Shown here piece after piece: positions 1 to 11,955 of a stretch of DNA of 64,000 bases. Source of the DNA: the human T2T-CHM13v2.0 reference genome, Homo sapiens. Within the stretch, counting starts at the first letter, position 1, and each line of letters begins with the position of its first letter. Location of the stretch: the NCBI RefSeq assembly GCF_009914755.1, contig NC_060936.1, one strand, 5' to 3'. The notes beneath the pieces are model-generated. The model was not told where the DNA came from. It did not search any database and worked only from the letters and a program-made list of their open reading frames with translations. The position numbers and the translations under genes are program-made.

Positions 1-1033
1 AAACCCAGTTACTCTTCCTTTATGCACATATTTCTGCCAGACTAAATGCCAAATAGATAATTGGAAAGAATTTTCTTCGCAGCCCTGGTCCCCAAATTGG
101 TGTCTGTGATTCTTCCTAGGGTCTCATATTATGAGAGTGCACTCCCTTTAATCTTTTGGGACCTCAAGTGGGGTCTGTGTGGACAAGATTGTGCTTCTTT
201 GAGAAACTTCTTGCTGCACACCAGCCAGGGTAAGGCAAGAGTTAGTCCTGTTGGCTGGGTGGTTCTTGGGCAGTTGAGCATGCTTAGCACTTGAGAGGTT
301 TCTGTTATACCATTTGCCAAAAGGGACATCTCTCCGCTGGTCCTAGTGCCCCAGGGCACAAATGGCAGGCTTTAGGAGAAAATGCACAATTTCAGGTTCA
401 GTCTCTATCTGCATTTGTGTGCATGAATGGACTAATAATTGCAGTGCGTTGAACGATTTCTGCATACTCCAACACCTAGAAAGTAGCTTCCTGGATTAGG
501 GAACGGTTCCTAGGTACAGCTACCAAAGGCTCAAGCTTAAGCACCAACACTGGAGGTTAGAATTAGCACGCTCTAGGGAGGACAGCGAGAGGGCAGCTGA
601 CACAATGCCTTTATGGGCTATTTTTAGCTTTAGTCAGGCCTATCTGGAGTGGCTTGTGCTTTCTTGGGCACCGTCCTGCATTTATTCCAGGGTTTGTGCT
701 TGTGACTCTGTTTGCATATATGCCACATGTATCGCATGCTCATGGGATGATAAATTGCAGAAATTATGGCATAATCTGTTTTCTAGCATATAGAGGAAAA
801 GATTTCACAAAATCCAGCCTTGTTGTGGCGAAGAAACCTAACATATAGATGTAAAATATATCTCCTTGGAGGCCTGGCTTTGTGATGGGCTATGAACGGA
901 TTGTTAAACAGCAATGTGAGGGGCTGTTAGCAAGCTGTTTCTAAGAGCATCTCCCTGGTCTGGTCTGAAAAGGTGATGTGTACATATTGTACATTTGAGA
1001 TAGTTTGCCTGTGGTGTTTATATGTTGGTAGGT

Positions 1034-1064
1034 TGTGTGTGTGTGTATGTGTGTGTGTGTGTGT
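1034..1064. repeat. (TG)n microsatellite, one TA interruption
   Basis: tgtgtgtgtgtgtatgtgtgtgtgtgtgtgt read directly. Confidence 0.95.
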
Positions 1065-2297
1065 CTTGTCTGTCTTCAGTGGCGAACTGAAAAAATAAAG
1101 TGTTGTTTACGTGCTTCTATGTTAGTGTCTACATTCCAAACTGGGCAATATTTTTCTTTAAGCTGGCTTAAGTGAAGAGGTGTTTGGTCAGCCACAGGGT
1201 ATGAATCAACCAAACTTCAAAAAGCTTCAGTGTGTTTTTGATAACACTCTTAAGTATTTAATAGCTGCTTTAAGGATTTGTGCCTTAGTGTACTTGGATG
1301 AATAGGTAAATCACCTCCCCATCAGCAAACTAGCGTTTGGGTTCCCACGTTGGCAAAGCAGGGTTCCTGTTATGTGTCTGGTCATATTTGAACTTCTTTT
1401 CACATTCAGGTGACATAGTTGAACATCAGTCCGTGCCAGTTTCTGCTACTATTGGGTTTTTAATGGAAGAGAACTCTTTCTTGTTACTACGATGCCATGC
1501 TTCTGCTGTGTTAGCAGCTGCTGTATTGAAAAACAGGTGTCTCTTATAATCCTCTGACTGGATCAGTTTGCTAGCCTGGCAGAGTCTTATTGTTATTGTT
1601 TTTATTTATTTATTTTTGTCCCACATAAGTCAGAAACTGCCAAGAGATGTTGATGAGTGGGATTAGTATGAGAGGAGATGGCAGCTTTTCTTGGTGGAGG
1701 TTTCTGTTACAAGAATCTAAGAGTCTTATGAAGATAGGGCTAAATAAAACCAGGATACGAACCACAGGGGAGAACCGCCAAAAGAAGGGTAGTAAATGAA
1801 TGGTTCTGTCAAGTCACCTCTCTGTCATTCTTCAAAGGCCAACTTAAAGCCAGCACTGCCACAAAAGCCATCCAGGACTAAGGTTAGCGAACGGTGACCC
1901 TTGTTTGGTCCACGATGCACTAACAGACTCTTCCCCTTGTTGCTTCTTACTGCTACTGGAATGGAAGCTTTGGGAGGGCAGGTGTGCCATCTTTTCCAGC
2001 CTGCCAGGCAGTCTGGTGCATACTCGTCTTTCTCCTCCATACCGGCTGTCACTGCCTTCCTTCTGGCCCCAGACCTTTCAGTTGTCTCCTCTCTGATCTT
2101 CCTTCCTCCATTTTGTCCCCACCCCCAACACAACTTGGAATGATTCTTTGCAGATAAAAATGTGATCTTGTTACTCTCTGTCTCACACCACAGTACCACA
2201 GTGTAGCATGAACCCCAGCTTCTTGTCACCTGCAAGGCCCTTTACTGCCTACCTTTCTAGTATCATCTCCACATTATGTTCCAACCACATAATGAAC

Positions 2298-2568
2298 TTT
2301 TTTCTCAGGAGGACATGGTCTCGCTCTGTGGCCAAGGCTAGAGTAATCTCAGCTCACTGCAACCACTGCCTTCTGGGCTCAGGTGATTCTCCCATCTCAG
2401 CCTCCCGAGTAGCTGACACCACAGGCACGTACCACCACACTAGGCTAATTTTTGTATTTTTAGTAGAGACAGGGTTTCACCAGGCTGGTCTCAAACTCCT
2501 GGGCTCAAGTGATCCGCCCAACTCGGCCTCCCAAAGTGCTGGGATTATAGGCATGAGCCACTATGCCC
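2298..2568 (-). mobile_element. Alu SINE (old, AluJ/early AluS), small internal deletions
   Basis: Antisense Alu motifs: gtctcgctctgtggccaaggct...ctaatttttgtatttttagtagagac...cctcccaaagtgctgggattataggcatgagcc. Confidence 0.95.
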
Positions 2569-2749
2569 ATCCCATGTAACAAACATTTATGCCTGGAATC
2601 TTCCCTCGATCTTCTTTCTGCCTGGCAGCCAATTTGTCATTGGAAGTCCATTTCTCAAGCCTCCCTGTTGCTGCTGGGCACAGTGTTCCCCCAGCTTATT
2701 GAACTTGCTTCTGTTATTGGCAACAATCCAGTTATCCTTGAATTATCAT

Positions 2750-2866
2750 CCACACTAGACTGAAAGCCTGCTGAGGACAGGAGTCTGATGGGTTCATTTT
2801 TATATTTCCAGTGTCCAGCTCAAGGTCTGGCACAGAGGACAGCCAATGGCTATTAATTGAATAGAA
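2750..2866 (+). mobile_element. L2 LINE 3' end
   Basis: cacactagactgaaagcctgctgaggacagg...ctggcacagagg...ttgaatagaa resembles the L2 3' terminus. Confidence 0.7.
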
Positions 2867-4804
2867 TTTCTTAATCAGTAGGTATTTATTAAGCTTCTGT
2901 TACGGACTTAATTGGTGCCAGGCTCTTTGATATGTAAGATAAAGACCTCACACAGTTGACATCCTGAGCAAATACTCTGTGAGGGTTGAGGAAAGAAGAA
3001 AGGTAGAGACCTGTGTTTTGAAACATATCAGGACTCCATGTCAGGGCGAACATACTGCCACCTCCCATACCTAAGGGGCTCCTGTGAGGCATAAGTACTG
3101 ACATGTACACACAGGGCACTCACAAATGCTCTCCTTCTCAGTTGCCTACTTTCTAGAGGGGAATATGGATAGCTGGAGAAGAAGCTTGAGAACCTTCAGG
3201 CTGGATGTGCCAGAAACAGCAGAGACAGCCCAAGATAAATGAATGTATTAACTGATCATCCTTTTTTTTGATGTGGCTCAGGATGCCTCTTGGGTCAGGG
3301 AGAGAGAACCAGTGGCTGTTTGTTGTAGCTGTGTGCGGTCTTGGCCATAGCTGGCTGTGGTATCTGGGACCCAGTGGCAGGTCACCACCGTATGGGGCTG
3401 CCAGTTGCTCCCCCACCCCATTCCTCTAAGAGCTAGTAGGGAGAGAGAACCCGGAAGAGCAGCACGGCTTGCTGAAACTTCTCTGAGGTCTGTGATTGGC
3501 CTTTCCATGTCAAGGGAAGAATCCCTCTCTTACTTGAGTCAGCTCTTTCCAGTCTTCTCTTGTACAGCCCATGTTCTCTCCTACCCTATCTGAGATGAAG
3601 ATCTCTCTGGAGCTCTCATTTTACTCCTAATGGGTTGCCTGGAGGGACTAAACCAGTGAGAATGACTGGGCATACTATGGGACTAGAAAAACAACTCAAA
3701 GTTATGTCTTACGGATGGTAGGACAGCCTCAATATTGCTGTTTACAGTGGATAGCCCAGTGACATTTATTTAAAGAGGGCAGTCTTAAGAGAGTGTGTTA
3801 GGGTTATGAATCTGATTAAGTGTGATCTGATAAGTGTGAAATGGACCACTTGGGAGAAATCAGGTTACTTTCAGATATAAGCAGACCAAACTGGGCCTTC
3901 CACACAAGCCTGAATAGCTCGTTTTCTCCCTATTTCTGTTGCCATTGAGGTACAGCTGGGATTCAGGGCATTAGGATATGTGAAAACTTTTAGCTTCCTG
4001 AACCCAACCAGACCCCAGCAAGAGTCCTTTTACAGTTTCCCCGAAACCGTCACAAGTTTTCCTGACCGCCTGCTGGGGGCTTTCTGTTGCAGACCTACGC
4101 GGCAGCTGCCTGCCAGCCCTGCCAGATTTGACTTCATCTTGGCTGCCGGTGGGTCAGTCTCCACGAGGCTTCTCTTGGCCTGTCTGTCCACTCAGGGCAT
4201 TTAAGGGTCCTCTTGCTTTGCTCACATGGGCTCCTCGAGGGCTTGTGCAGTAGGTTGAGAGTTGTTACGGGTGCTGATCTGGACCACTTAGGGAGCAGAA
4301 AGCATAGGTCTGTATATGAATGTGAAAATACACATTTAAGAAGCTGCTCAGGTAGGGGCAGCCACGGAAGTTGTGCTCCCTCTTAAACACTCAGCGTACA
4401 CACCTCATCCTCAGACAATGTGCTGCTTACATTTCCAGTGTCCAGCACGGTGCCTGGCACAGAGGAAGGCCGATGGATAGTAGTTGAACAGAATTTTTTT
4501 AATCATCAGGTCTTTATTAAGCTTCTATTATGGACTTCAAGTTTCCTCCATGAATGCTACCAGAACCCTTGCTCAATGTCTTCACTGTTGAGGCTGTTGA
4601 GTGAGAAGCCATTTCCTTCCCCTTCTACTTCCCCTCCCTTTACAGCCTTACCAGGCCCAGTGTTCAGAGGACTCGATGCTCATGAACCTAGGGTTCCTAA
4701 GAATTAGCATGTCACAATCTAATCTGGAGACTATCCGCCATTTAGTTCCATGGCGGATTATGGTCTTGGTTCTAGCAACCTGCTGAAGAACAAACCTGGT
4801 GGTT

Positions 4805-5410
4805 TATTTTCTTTCTTTTTTTTTTTTTTAAATGGGGACTTGCCTTGTCTCCCAGGCTTGAGTACGGTGGCATGATCATAGCTCACTGCCTCGACCTCCT
4901 GGGCTCCAGCGATCCTCCCACCTCAGCTTCCCAAGTAGCTGAGGCTACAGGTGTGTGCCACGATACCTGGCTAATTTTTTTTTTTTTTTTTTTTTTTTTG
5001 AGATGGAGTCTCACTCGGCCGCCCAGGCTGGAGTGTAGTGGCATGGTCTCGGCTTACTGCAGCCTCCGCCTCCCAGGCTCAAGCAGTTCCTTGCCTCGGC
5101 CTCCCGTGTAGCTGGGATTACAGGTGCACGCCGCCACGCCCAGCTAAATTTTGTATTTTTAGCAGAGACAGAGTTTCACCATCTTGGCCAGGCTGGTCTT
5201 GAACTCCTGACCTCGCGATCCACCCGCTTCGGCCTCCCAAAGTGCTGGGATTACAGCCGTGAGCCACCACGCCCAGCCAATTTTTAAATTTTTTGTGGAG
5301 ACAAGGTCTCACTATGTTGCCTGGCTGGTCTTGAACTCCTGGACTCAAGTGATCCTCCAGCCTCAGCCTCCCAAATTGCTGGGATCACAGGTGTGAACCG
5401 CCACACCCAG
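4805..5410 (-). mobile_element. AluJ split by a younger AluS inserted in its central A-rich linker
   Basis: Right arm at 4805-4975 and left arm at 5279-5410 flank a complete second Alu; AluJ-type ctcctgggctc, tcatagctcactgc. Confidence 0.9.
4975..5278 (-). mobile_element. Full-length AluS (AluSc-like)
   Basis: Poly-T, gagatggagtctcact ... gacctcgcgatccacccg ... gagccaccacgcccagcc. Confidence 0.95.
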
Positions 5411-6589
5411 CTGAGAACAGACTTTTGAACTACCACAACTATAGGTCTGTTGGACATTGTTTTCAGTTGAAATTGCTTAAAAATTGACCTGCCTTGGAGA
5501 AAATTTCATGAGCCTTTTCTTAAAGAGTGATTGAAATGCCAATAAGAATGCAATAACAAGTGCCCTGTGTAGATGTGTGGGAGGGACACCCTCCCCTTCC
5601 TCCACCCAGCAAAAGCTAACGTACTTTCCAAATTCTAAATTGTGATGTGTGACTTGGTAAAGGACTTCGCACTGTTTTGTTTTTTTTTTTTAAATTGATG
5701 TGGCAAGCCTTACAAAAGGATATGCCGTTATATTCTAACAAATTATTTCTATCGAAAAGAGTATCATGTGAGATTAGGGCTGTAGAGGAACAGCCTTTCA
5801 ACTAGTCTTCTATGTGGTAAAGGTGGCACCCAGTTTCCAAAGACAGCACAGACGCCAAGGGTCTTTTCTGAACTTCTTCGATTTTTATGATCCCTGGCTG
5901 GGTCGGAGAAGGGCTAGTTAGTATGTTTTTCTTTCTTCTGGATGAAAGTTGCAAGGACACTTAAGCCTTATGCTTCAGGGCGGAATCTGATCACAAGTTG
6001 AGATCAGGAAGAAATTTTCCCCCTGTGGCTTCCTATTGCACAATTGCCCGGCCAGGTGTGCGACCTCTGTTAAACAAAGACACACACAAGTGCACACCTC
6101 CTTACTGGCTATCTTCAGAGCAGGATGTTGGACGTTGTGGGCCAGCAGACTGGTTCCTTTGGCACGTCCCTGTGCTCAAAGATGGGAGGCAGCTGCCCGT
6201 CTGCTCCTGTACTTGGCTGTCCTCTGGGTGTGCTGTACTGAGCTCAGGGCCACGTCTTCAGATCCCTACAACTCTTTGCAACTCTTACTTTGTGGGACAA
6301 TTAAAATTAGGTCTAATTCTGTACACACCCGCATGCACATGCACACATATCTTTTTAAAAGTTTTCCTTAAACTTGCTTCCCCTTTCCTGGGCTTTGCTT
6401 CCCCCTTCCCGGGCTTTACACCACATCAAACCTATATGCATTCCCAAAACATCAAAATGACTGTTCACAAATCATAGTAGAACTCTTTAACCATAAGGTG
6501 CGCAGTTGCCAATCTCAAGCTTGGATTGTAAGCGACTTCGAAGTCTGATCCAAAAGACTGTGGGAGGAGGGGGAAGGAACATGGATGGA

Positions 6590-6765
6590 CTTCTTTCCTT
6601 CCTCCCTCCCTCCCTCCTTTCCTCCCGTCCTCCTGTCCTCCCTTCCTCCCTTCCTCCCTTCCTCCCTCCCTCCCTCCCTCCTTTCCTCCTTTCCTCCCTT
6701 CCTCCTTCCTTTCTTCCTTTCTTCCCTTTCTTTTCTCTCTTTTCTTTCTTTCCTTTCTTCTTTTT
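6590..6765. repeat. Polypyrimidine/polypurine low-complexity tract (CCTC/CCTT/CTTT)
   Basis: About 175 nt almost entirely C/T on the + strand. Confidence 0.95.
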
Positions 6766-8669
6766 GAGGCCTCGGCTGTGCTGCCTCTTGTGCAATAGGA
6801 TAATTACCAGCGATTCCCAGGCTCGCCTGCTTTTCTGCCTTTACATCTCTATCTCCTGTGGCGCAGTACTTCCTTCTGCCTCTATTATTAGCTTACTTAG
6901 CTTTACCATTCAGTTCTCCACCTCCTCCCCGGGTCCCTCCCCATCTTCTTCCAGCCTTTCTTTCCCTTCACCTCTGTAAAGGTATTTTGGGGAGCTACCA
7001 TTCATGTTCTGTTCATACAGGAACCCTCTTTTTCTTTATTAATATAAAATAATCTTGGTCCTGCCTCATTTTATCATATATTCATTCGTATTCCCAAAAT
7101 AGAAACCGTCGCCACCAGCACGTAATGTCTGGCCTGTAAACCTTTAAAGTAGGATGTGCCGAAATGAGATCTTCACAAGCAGGTGTGCCTCATCCCCTGA
7201 CCTGCAGGCCCTTCTTCCCCGGCGGCCATTCACTCATCTTCACACCATCTTCTTGCCCTTCTCTCTGCTTTTCGATGATTCTACCCCAATCACATTCCTT
7301 CCCAAAATGACTGTGTTAGTACTTAATTGTTCACCTGGGCTTGTTCATGTTGTAGTTCATCGTTTCCTTTTTATCTTTAAAATTTTCTTGTTCTTCGGGG
7401 ATACACTGTATTCTTGTAATTAGAGATTATATCAGTTTTCATGGCCAAAATTTGCCAAGTGGACATAATAGTATTTGGTATCAAGCACGCCTTTCAGGAA
7501 GAAGGGAAAAACAGTAGATTTTGGGCAGCTTTTGATTACAATAATTTCAAATTTCTAATAACTAAGAAGTACTTCATGTGATTCTTGTAGAGTAAAAGCT
7601 TAAAAATTACCCTTTTCTTTGTAAGTGATATGAGTCTTACTTCGTTTGGGTAAGAAACTCAGTTTGAGGCTACCAATTTTTCAAATAGTGGTCTTAGAAA
7701 CTAATTATTGCTGTAATTTCAATAACTAAATAGGCATTCCTATTCAAACCTTTACTCAAGTAGTTATATTCTTTAACTATAGTTACTCATTTGTAACATT
7801 TTTCACTGTAAGGGTAGTGACATCCTGTTTGTAACACACCCTGTCCTGGGACTAAATGGAAGGGATTGAGGAAATTCTGCTGGAGTCTAACCCCACCATA
7901 GGGCAGCAGCATTTTAGGAACAAAAGCAGAGAAGCTCACACTCTTCTGAGTATAACTGGGGAGAAGATTTAGGGAGGTGGCTTGTAGGATCAGTTTTAAG
8001 ACCAGGTCAGACATACGTACAAATTCTTTCTTTGTAAATGAGAAGTGGCCTTTAATAGCTTTCATATGGATAGATGGGTAGATGAAATATTATTCTACCT
8101 AAAGCATGACATTTCAGTAAGTACTACACTTTGAAACTTGCCTTGCAGGGTTTTAAAAATATTCTTTTCTGGGTTCTAATCATTTATAATGAAGAGTCAC
8201 TAGCATTTTATTAAAACCCATATTTTTTGGAGAGGGATATTAAGTGAGCAGGGATTGTGGGTTGTTCTTGCTTCTCCTTAACTGTCCTGCCCCTAAAAAG
8301 TGATGGGAATAACCCAAACCTTGAAGGTTCCTGGGGCTTTCTTTTTCCCAAGACAGGGACCTCCTCCTCTCCCCTGCTCTCATCCCACTTGTTCCTGAAA
8401 AAGGGTAAGGTTGGGGGGGCGGGGAAGAGAGAAGGAAATTAGGGTTCTAGCTTAAAACTGCTGCTAGAGTGGCTAGTTCTGGGAGCTTTTTGAGAGAGGC
8501 CCAAGGTGGCAGCCTTGTCTCTTTTGCCTCTTTCATTAAACCTGGGGTTTGCTGTACAATGCTTTGGGTCTCCTGTCCCAAAAATAAAGGGCTGTGGCAA
8601 GTATCATCCTGACAACTATCCAATCAGTTCTGACTGCGAGGCACTTGTAATTCAGAAGATAGTCATTAG

Positions 8670-8915
8670 ATTTGGATAGAAAGAAATGAGATTTGATGTT
8701 CAGTAGATCAGTAGGGTGACTATAGTTCATGTTAATCGATTGTACATTTTAAAATTGCTTAAGGAGAATAATTTGAATGTTTCTAGTATAAAGGAAAGAG
8801 AAATATTTAAGGCGATGGATATACCAGTTAACTTGATTTGATTATAAATGTATCAAATCATTACATGTACCCTGAAAATATGTACATCTAATATGTATCA
8901 ATAAAAATAAATAAA
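8670..8915 (+). mobile_element. L1MA-type LINE 3' end fragment
   Basis: tagggtgactatagtt...atttgaatgttt...gatggatatacc...catgtaccctgaaaatatgtaca...caataaaaataaataaa. Confidence 0.8.
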
Positions 8916-8959
8916 TTCATTAGAATAACAGAATTTAGACATTTAGAGCTATAGTTTTA

Positions 8960-9065
8960 AGGAATTTCAGACCAAGGCCCAAAGCTCGGTTAAGTGACCT
9001 ACTGAAGGTCCCAAGGCTATTATTGCCATATTAGAACTAGAAGTCAGATCTCCTGACTCCCACCA
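8960..9065 (-). mobile_element. MIR SINE fragment
   Basis: ggttaagtgacct...aaggtc...gatctcctgactcc matches the antisense MIR core. Confidence 0.65.
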
Positions 9066-11899
9066 GTGTATATTGACTTTTGACCCAGCAGTTAGTTTTA
9101 TTTTAGGCTGTATTTTCGAAATAACAGATTGGTTCAAGTCAAAATAATCTTATTCGTGTGAAAAACTCAACCAGGTGAACTGAGTGAATGAACCTACTTT
9201 TTAATTGGGTGTTTTTAGGTCATGTGAAAAAAAAAACACAAATCAGAAGGTCCTTTGTGCTTCATGTTTGGATCTGATCCTTTTTTTTTTTTTTAAGCTG
9301 AAAATGAATGAAGGATGGTAGAGTAGGAACTAGGATGTACGCATAAAACACTTGCCTGTCTGCCTTGTCACCTGCACTCCAGTGGGGTGTTTCCAGGGCT
9401 CATTGTAAGGTGAGAGGTGACTTCTGGACCCTTGACTACCCTGTTCCTTCTGTCGCAAAATATAATCAGGAGGTTTCTATTTGACAATGTACTCTGAGTA
9501 TTGGAAGGAACCAACTCCCAACCCAAATCGAATCGCCTCTGAGATCCTATTAAACAGAAAATGCCCTGAACACCAGTATATGAAAATGCTTTGCTAGGAT
9601 GAGCTCAAAGCATTTCATCCTCCAAATAAAATCTATCTGCTCGCACTTAGATTGTTCAAAGGCAGATGGTAGGCAATTGAAACAGAGAGACAAGCTGGCA
9701 AAAGGAAAAATAAAACCACAAATATCTGCACGTGAAGGTGATTTACGCTCTTGCCAGCCCCCCTCCTAACTTCGTTAACACAACGACGTAGCAATTAAGT
9801 AGCATGGGAACTCGGGCTCAGATGGCTGATACAGTTGTCCTCCGTTAATGGGGTGAGACAAAGCTTGCGTATAATATACAGTGCTCTTCACCAAAATGCA
9901 GAGCTAAAAGAGATTTTAAGAGATAATCAGCAACATAGCCTGTAAATCATGCTGCTCATAACAGACGGCCACCTTACTGAAATCTCACTGACCCCCACCA
10001 CACGTGTTAACAGCAGGGCCACTGCTCTGAAATATTAGCTATTACCGAGTGGCCAAGTCTTAAGAAAGGGACCACTTGGCAGTATTGAACTTCAAAGTGG
10101 AAGTAAGATCCCCTTGGGGTGAGGGTAGGAAGGCGGTGAACAGGGTTGATCAGAACTGTGGAAGAGTCCGGAGCAGATGCTCTGTGGGAAACCCTGAATT
10201 AGCCAAGAGCAAAAGTTATCGCCATCCTACTGCTCTGGGAAGGCTGCCTGTTGGAGAAAACCTCTGTGTTCCCTTAGCCTTTTCACTGACTGGAGGACTT
10301 TCCAGACGAAATCTGGCACTTCTCAGTAACCTTGAACTTGAACATTCAGTGACAGAAGGGAAAGGGAGAGGGTTTCAGCTGCTGGAGCTGGGTAACTGTG
10401 CAGGGCTCTCGCAGCGGGCCATTTGTGGCTCTGAGGGTGCCAAGCTGCAGTGTTCTGAGGGTGTGTGAATGAGGGTGTTGATCCTGGCTGCAGAAGGGGC
10501 AGCTTTCTGAGCAGGTGGGAGTGGTGAATGAGGAGGGGATTTGGCGGGGCAGGATGTGAGATGAGTTTACTCTGCTGGGAAAGAATTTGGAGATGTCCAT
10601 GAAGAAGAAAATCTGGATGACTATTGAGGGAGGGCTGATGTTGGAGAGAAGGGCTCATACTACAAATCAGAATAAAATAAAGGATATCTTAGTATCAAGA
10701 GGAAAGCACTGTTAAGATACTAAACCTTCTGCTGCCCAGGTATCTGAGGAGAGACCATGGAAGAGTTCTATATGGAACAAATGAAAAAGCAGTAAAGTCA
10801 GGTCTAGACCTGGAGTTTTTAGTAATACCAAGTTTACATAGGAAGTGTCTGGGAAGTAGTGATTAGAGGGAAAGTATGTTGGATGAGTGAATCATTCCTT
10901 CAGAAATCAATATTTTTTCCTACTAGGCCCTCCGAATGTCATCTTTGTAGTTGCCCAAATACATCAGTTTCTCTCTTATGTAAGAGAGCTTGTCTCATTT
11001 TTATTGCTGTATTCCATTTTCAAGTGTCTTCTTGGGTAATGATCCTGTATTTGATCTTGGCCAGATATTATCTGTGACTGTTGTTAGAGTGATCCTTTTC
11101 CTTTCCCCCGAGTTAGTCAAACTGTGTGCGTGGTCTCTAGACTGAGATTTGGCAGTGATTCCATGGCTCTTGTGAGTGGAGTTGACTAACAAAACTCAGG
11201 AATGGAATGGCCATATTTTGGAATTTGGTTGAAGCAAGTAAAGTTTTTATTCTTCTACCAATGCAAATCTATCTCAGGGAATTTCTCTTTATTCAGAAAG
11301 AATGACCTCCATCCCACCTTTCTCTAAAAGGTACAAATCGTAATGCATATTTGACACATTAGTTGGCTTTTACCTTGGGGACCAGCAGACCACCCCGCAG
11401 ATACAATGCACGGAATCTAGCAAACAATAAAGAGCAGTGTGCTCGCGTGGCCAGATCGTTCGCTTCCTTCCTTTTTCGCCTTCATTTTTGGGAAGTCCTT
11501 GCCTCGTTAGTTCCATAGGCCATGAGACATAGCAATATAAAATGCCAGAGGATGTTCAAATGGGCGTGTGGAGGAAGAGGGAAAGCAGGAATTCTGGGCC
11601 AAAGAGCAGATGGCCAGCCAGTGACCTAGGAAGGGAAGCTCAGGCTTTTAAACAATGGCAATGTTTCTTTTATGTGCAGTTTTCATTAAGGAGCACCGAG
11701 ACTCCAAGTTGGAGGATTCTGAAAGTGGTCATAGAGTCCCTGCCCTCGAGATTTAATATCCAAAGAGGAGACAGTGGTTTTAATATAATGAATATATGCA
11801 GAAAACAGCCGGAGACAATAGAAACACTTTGGCACCTTCTGTGGCGCTGCTAAAATGTGTGCTGTAGCTCAAGGCCCATAGGGGTTAATGTAGGGGTTA

Positions 11900-11901
<2 letters not shown>

Positions 11902-11952
<51 letters not shown>
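11902..11952. repeat. Perfect (TG)25 microsatellite
   Basis: Uninterrupted TG run read directly. Confidence 0.98.

Positions 11953-11955
<3 letters not shown>

Noticed and set aside
6487-6979. K/R/G/E-rich and P/S/F/L-rich ORFs (also 13053-13326)
   Set aside because: Stop-free reading of polypurine/polypyrimidine tracts
11825-11855. CTCF-like motif
   Set aside because: Spacing does not fit the core consensus; needs a PWM scan
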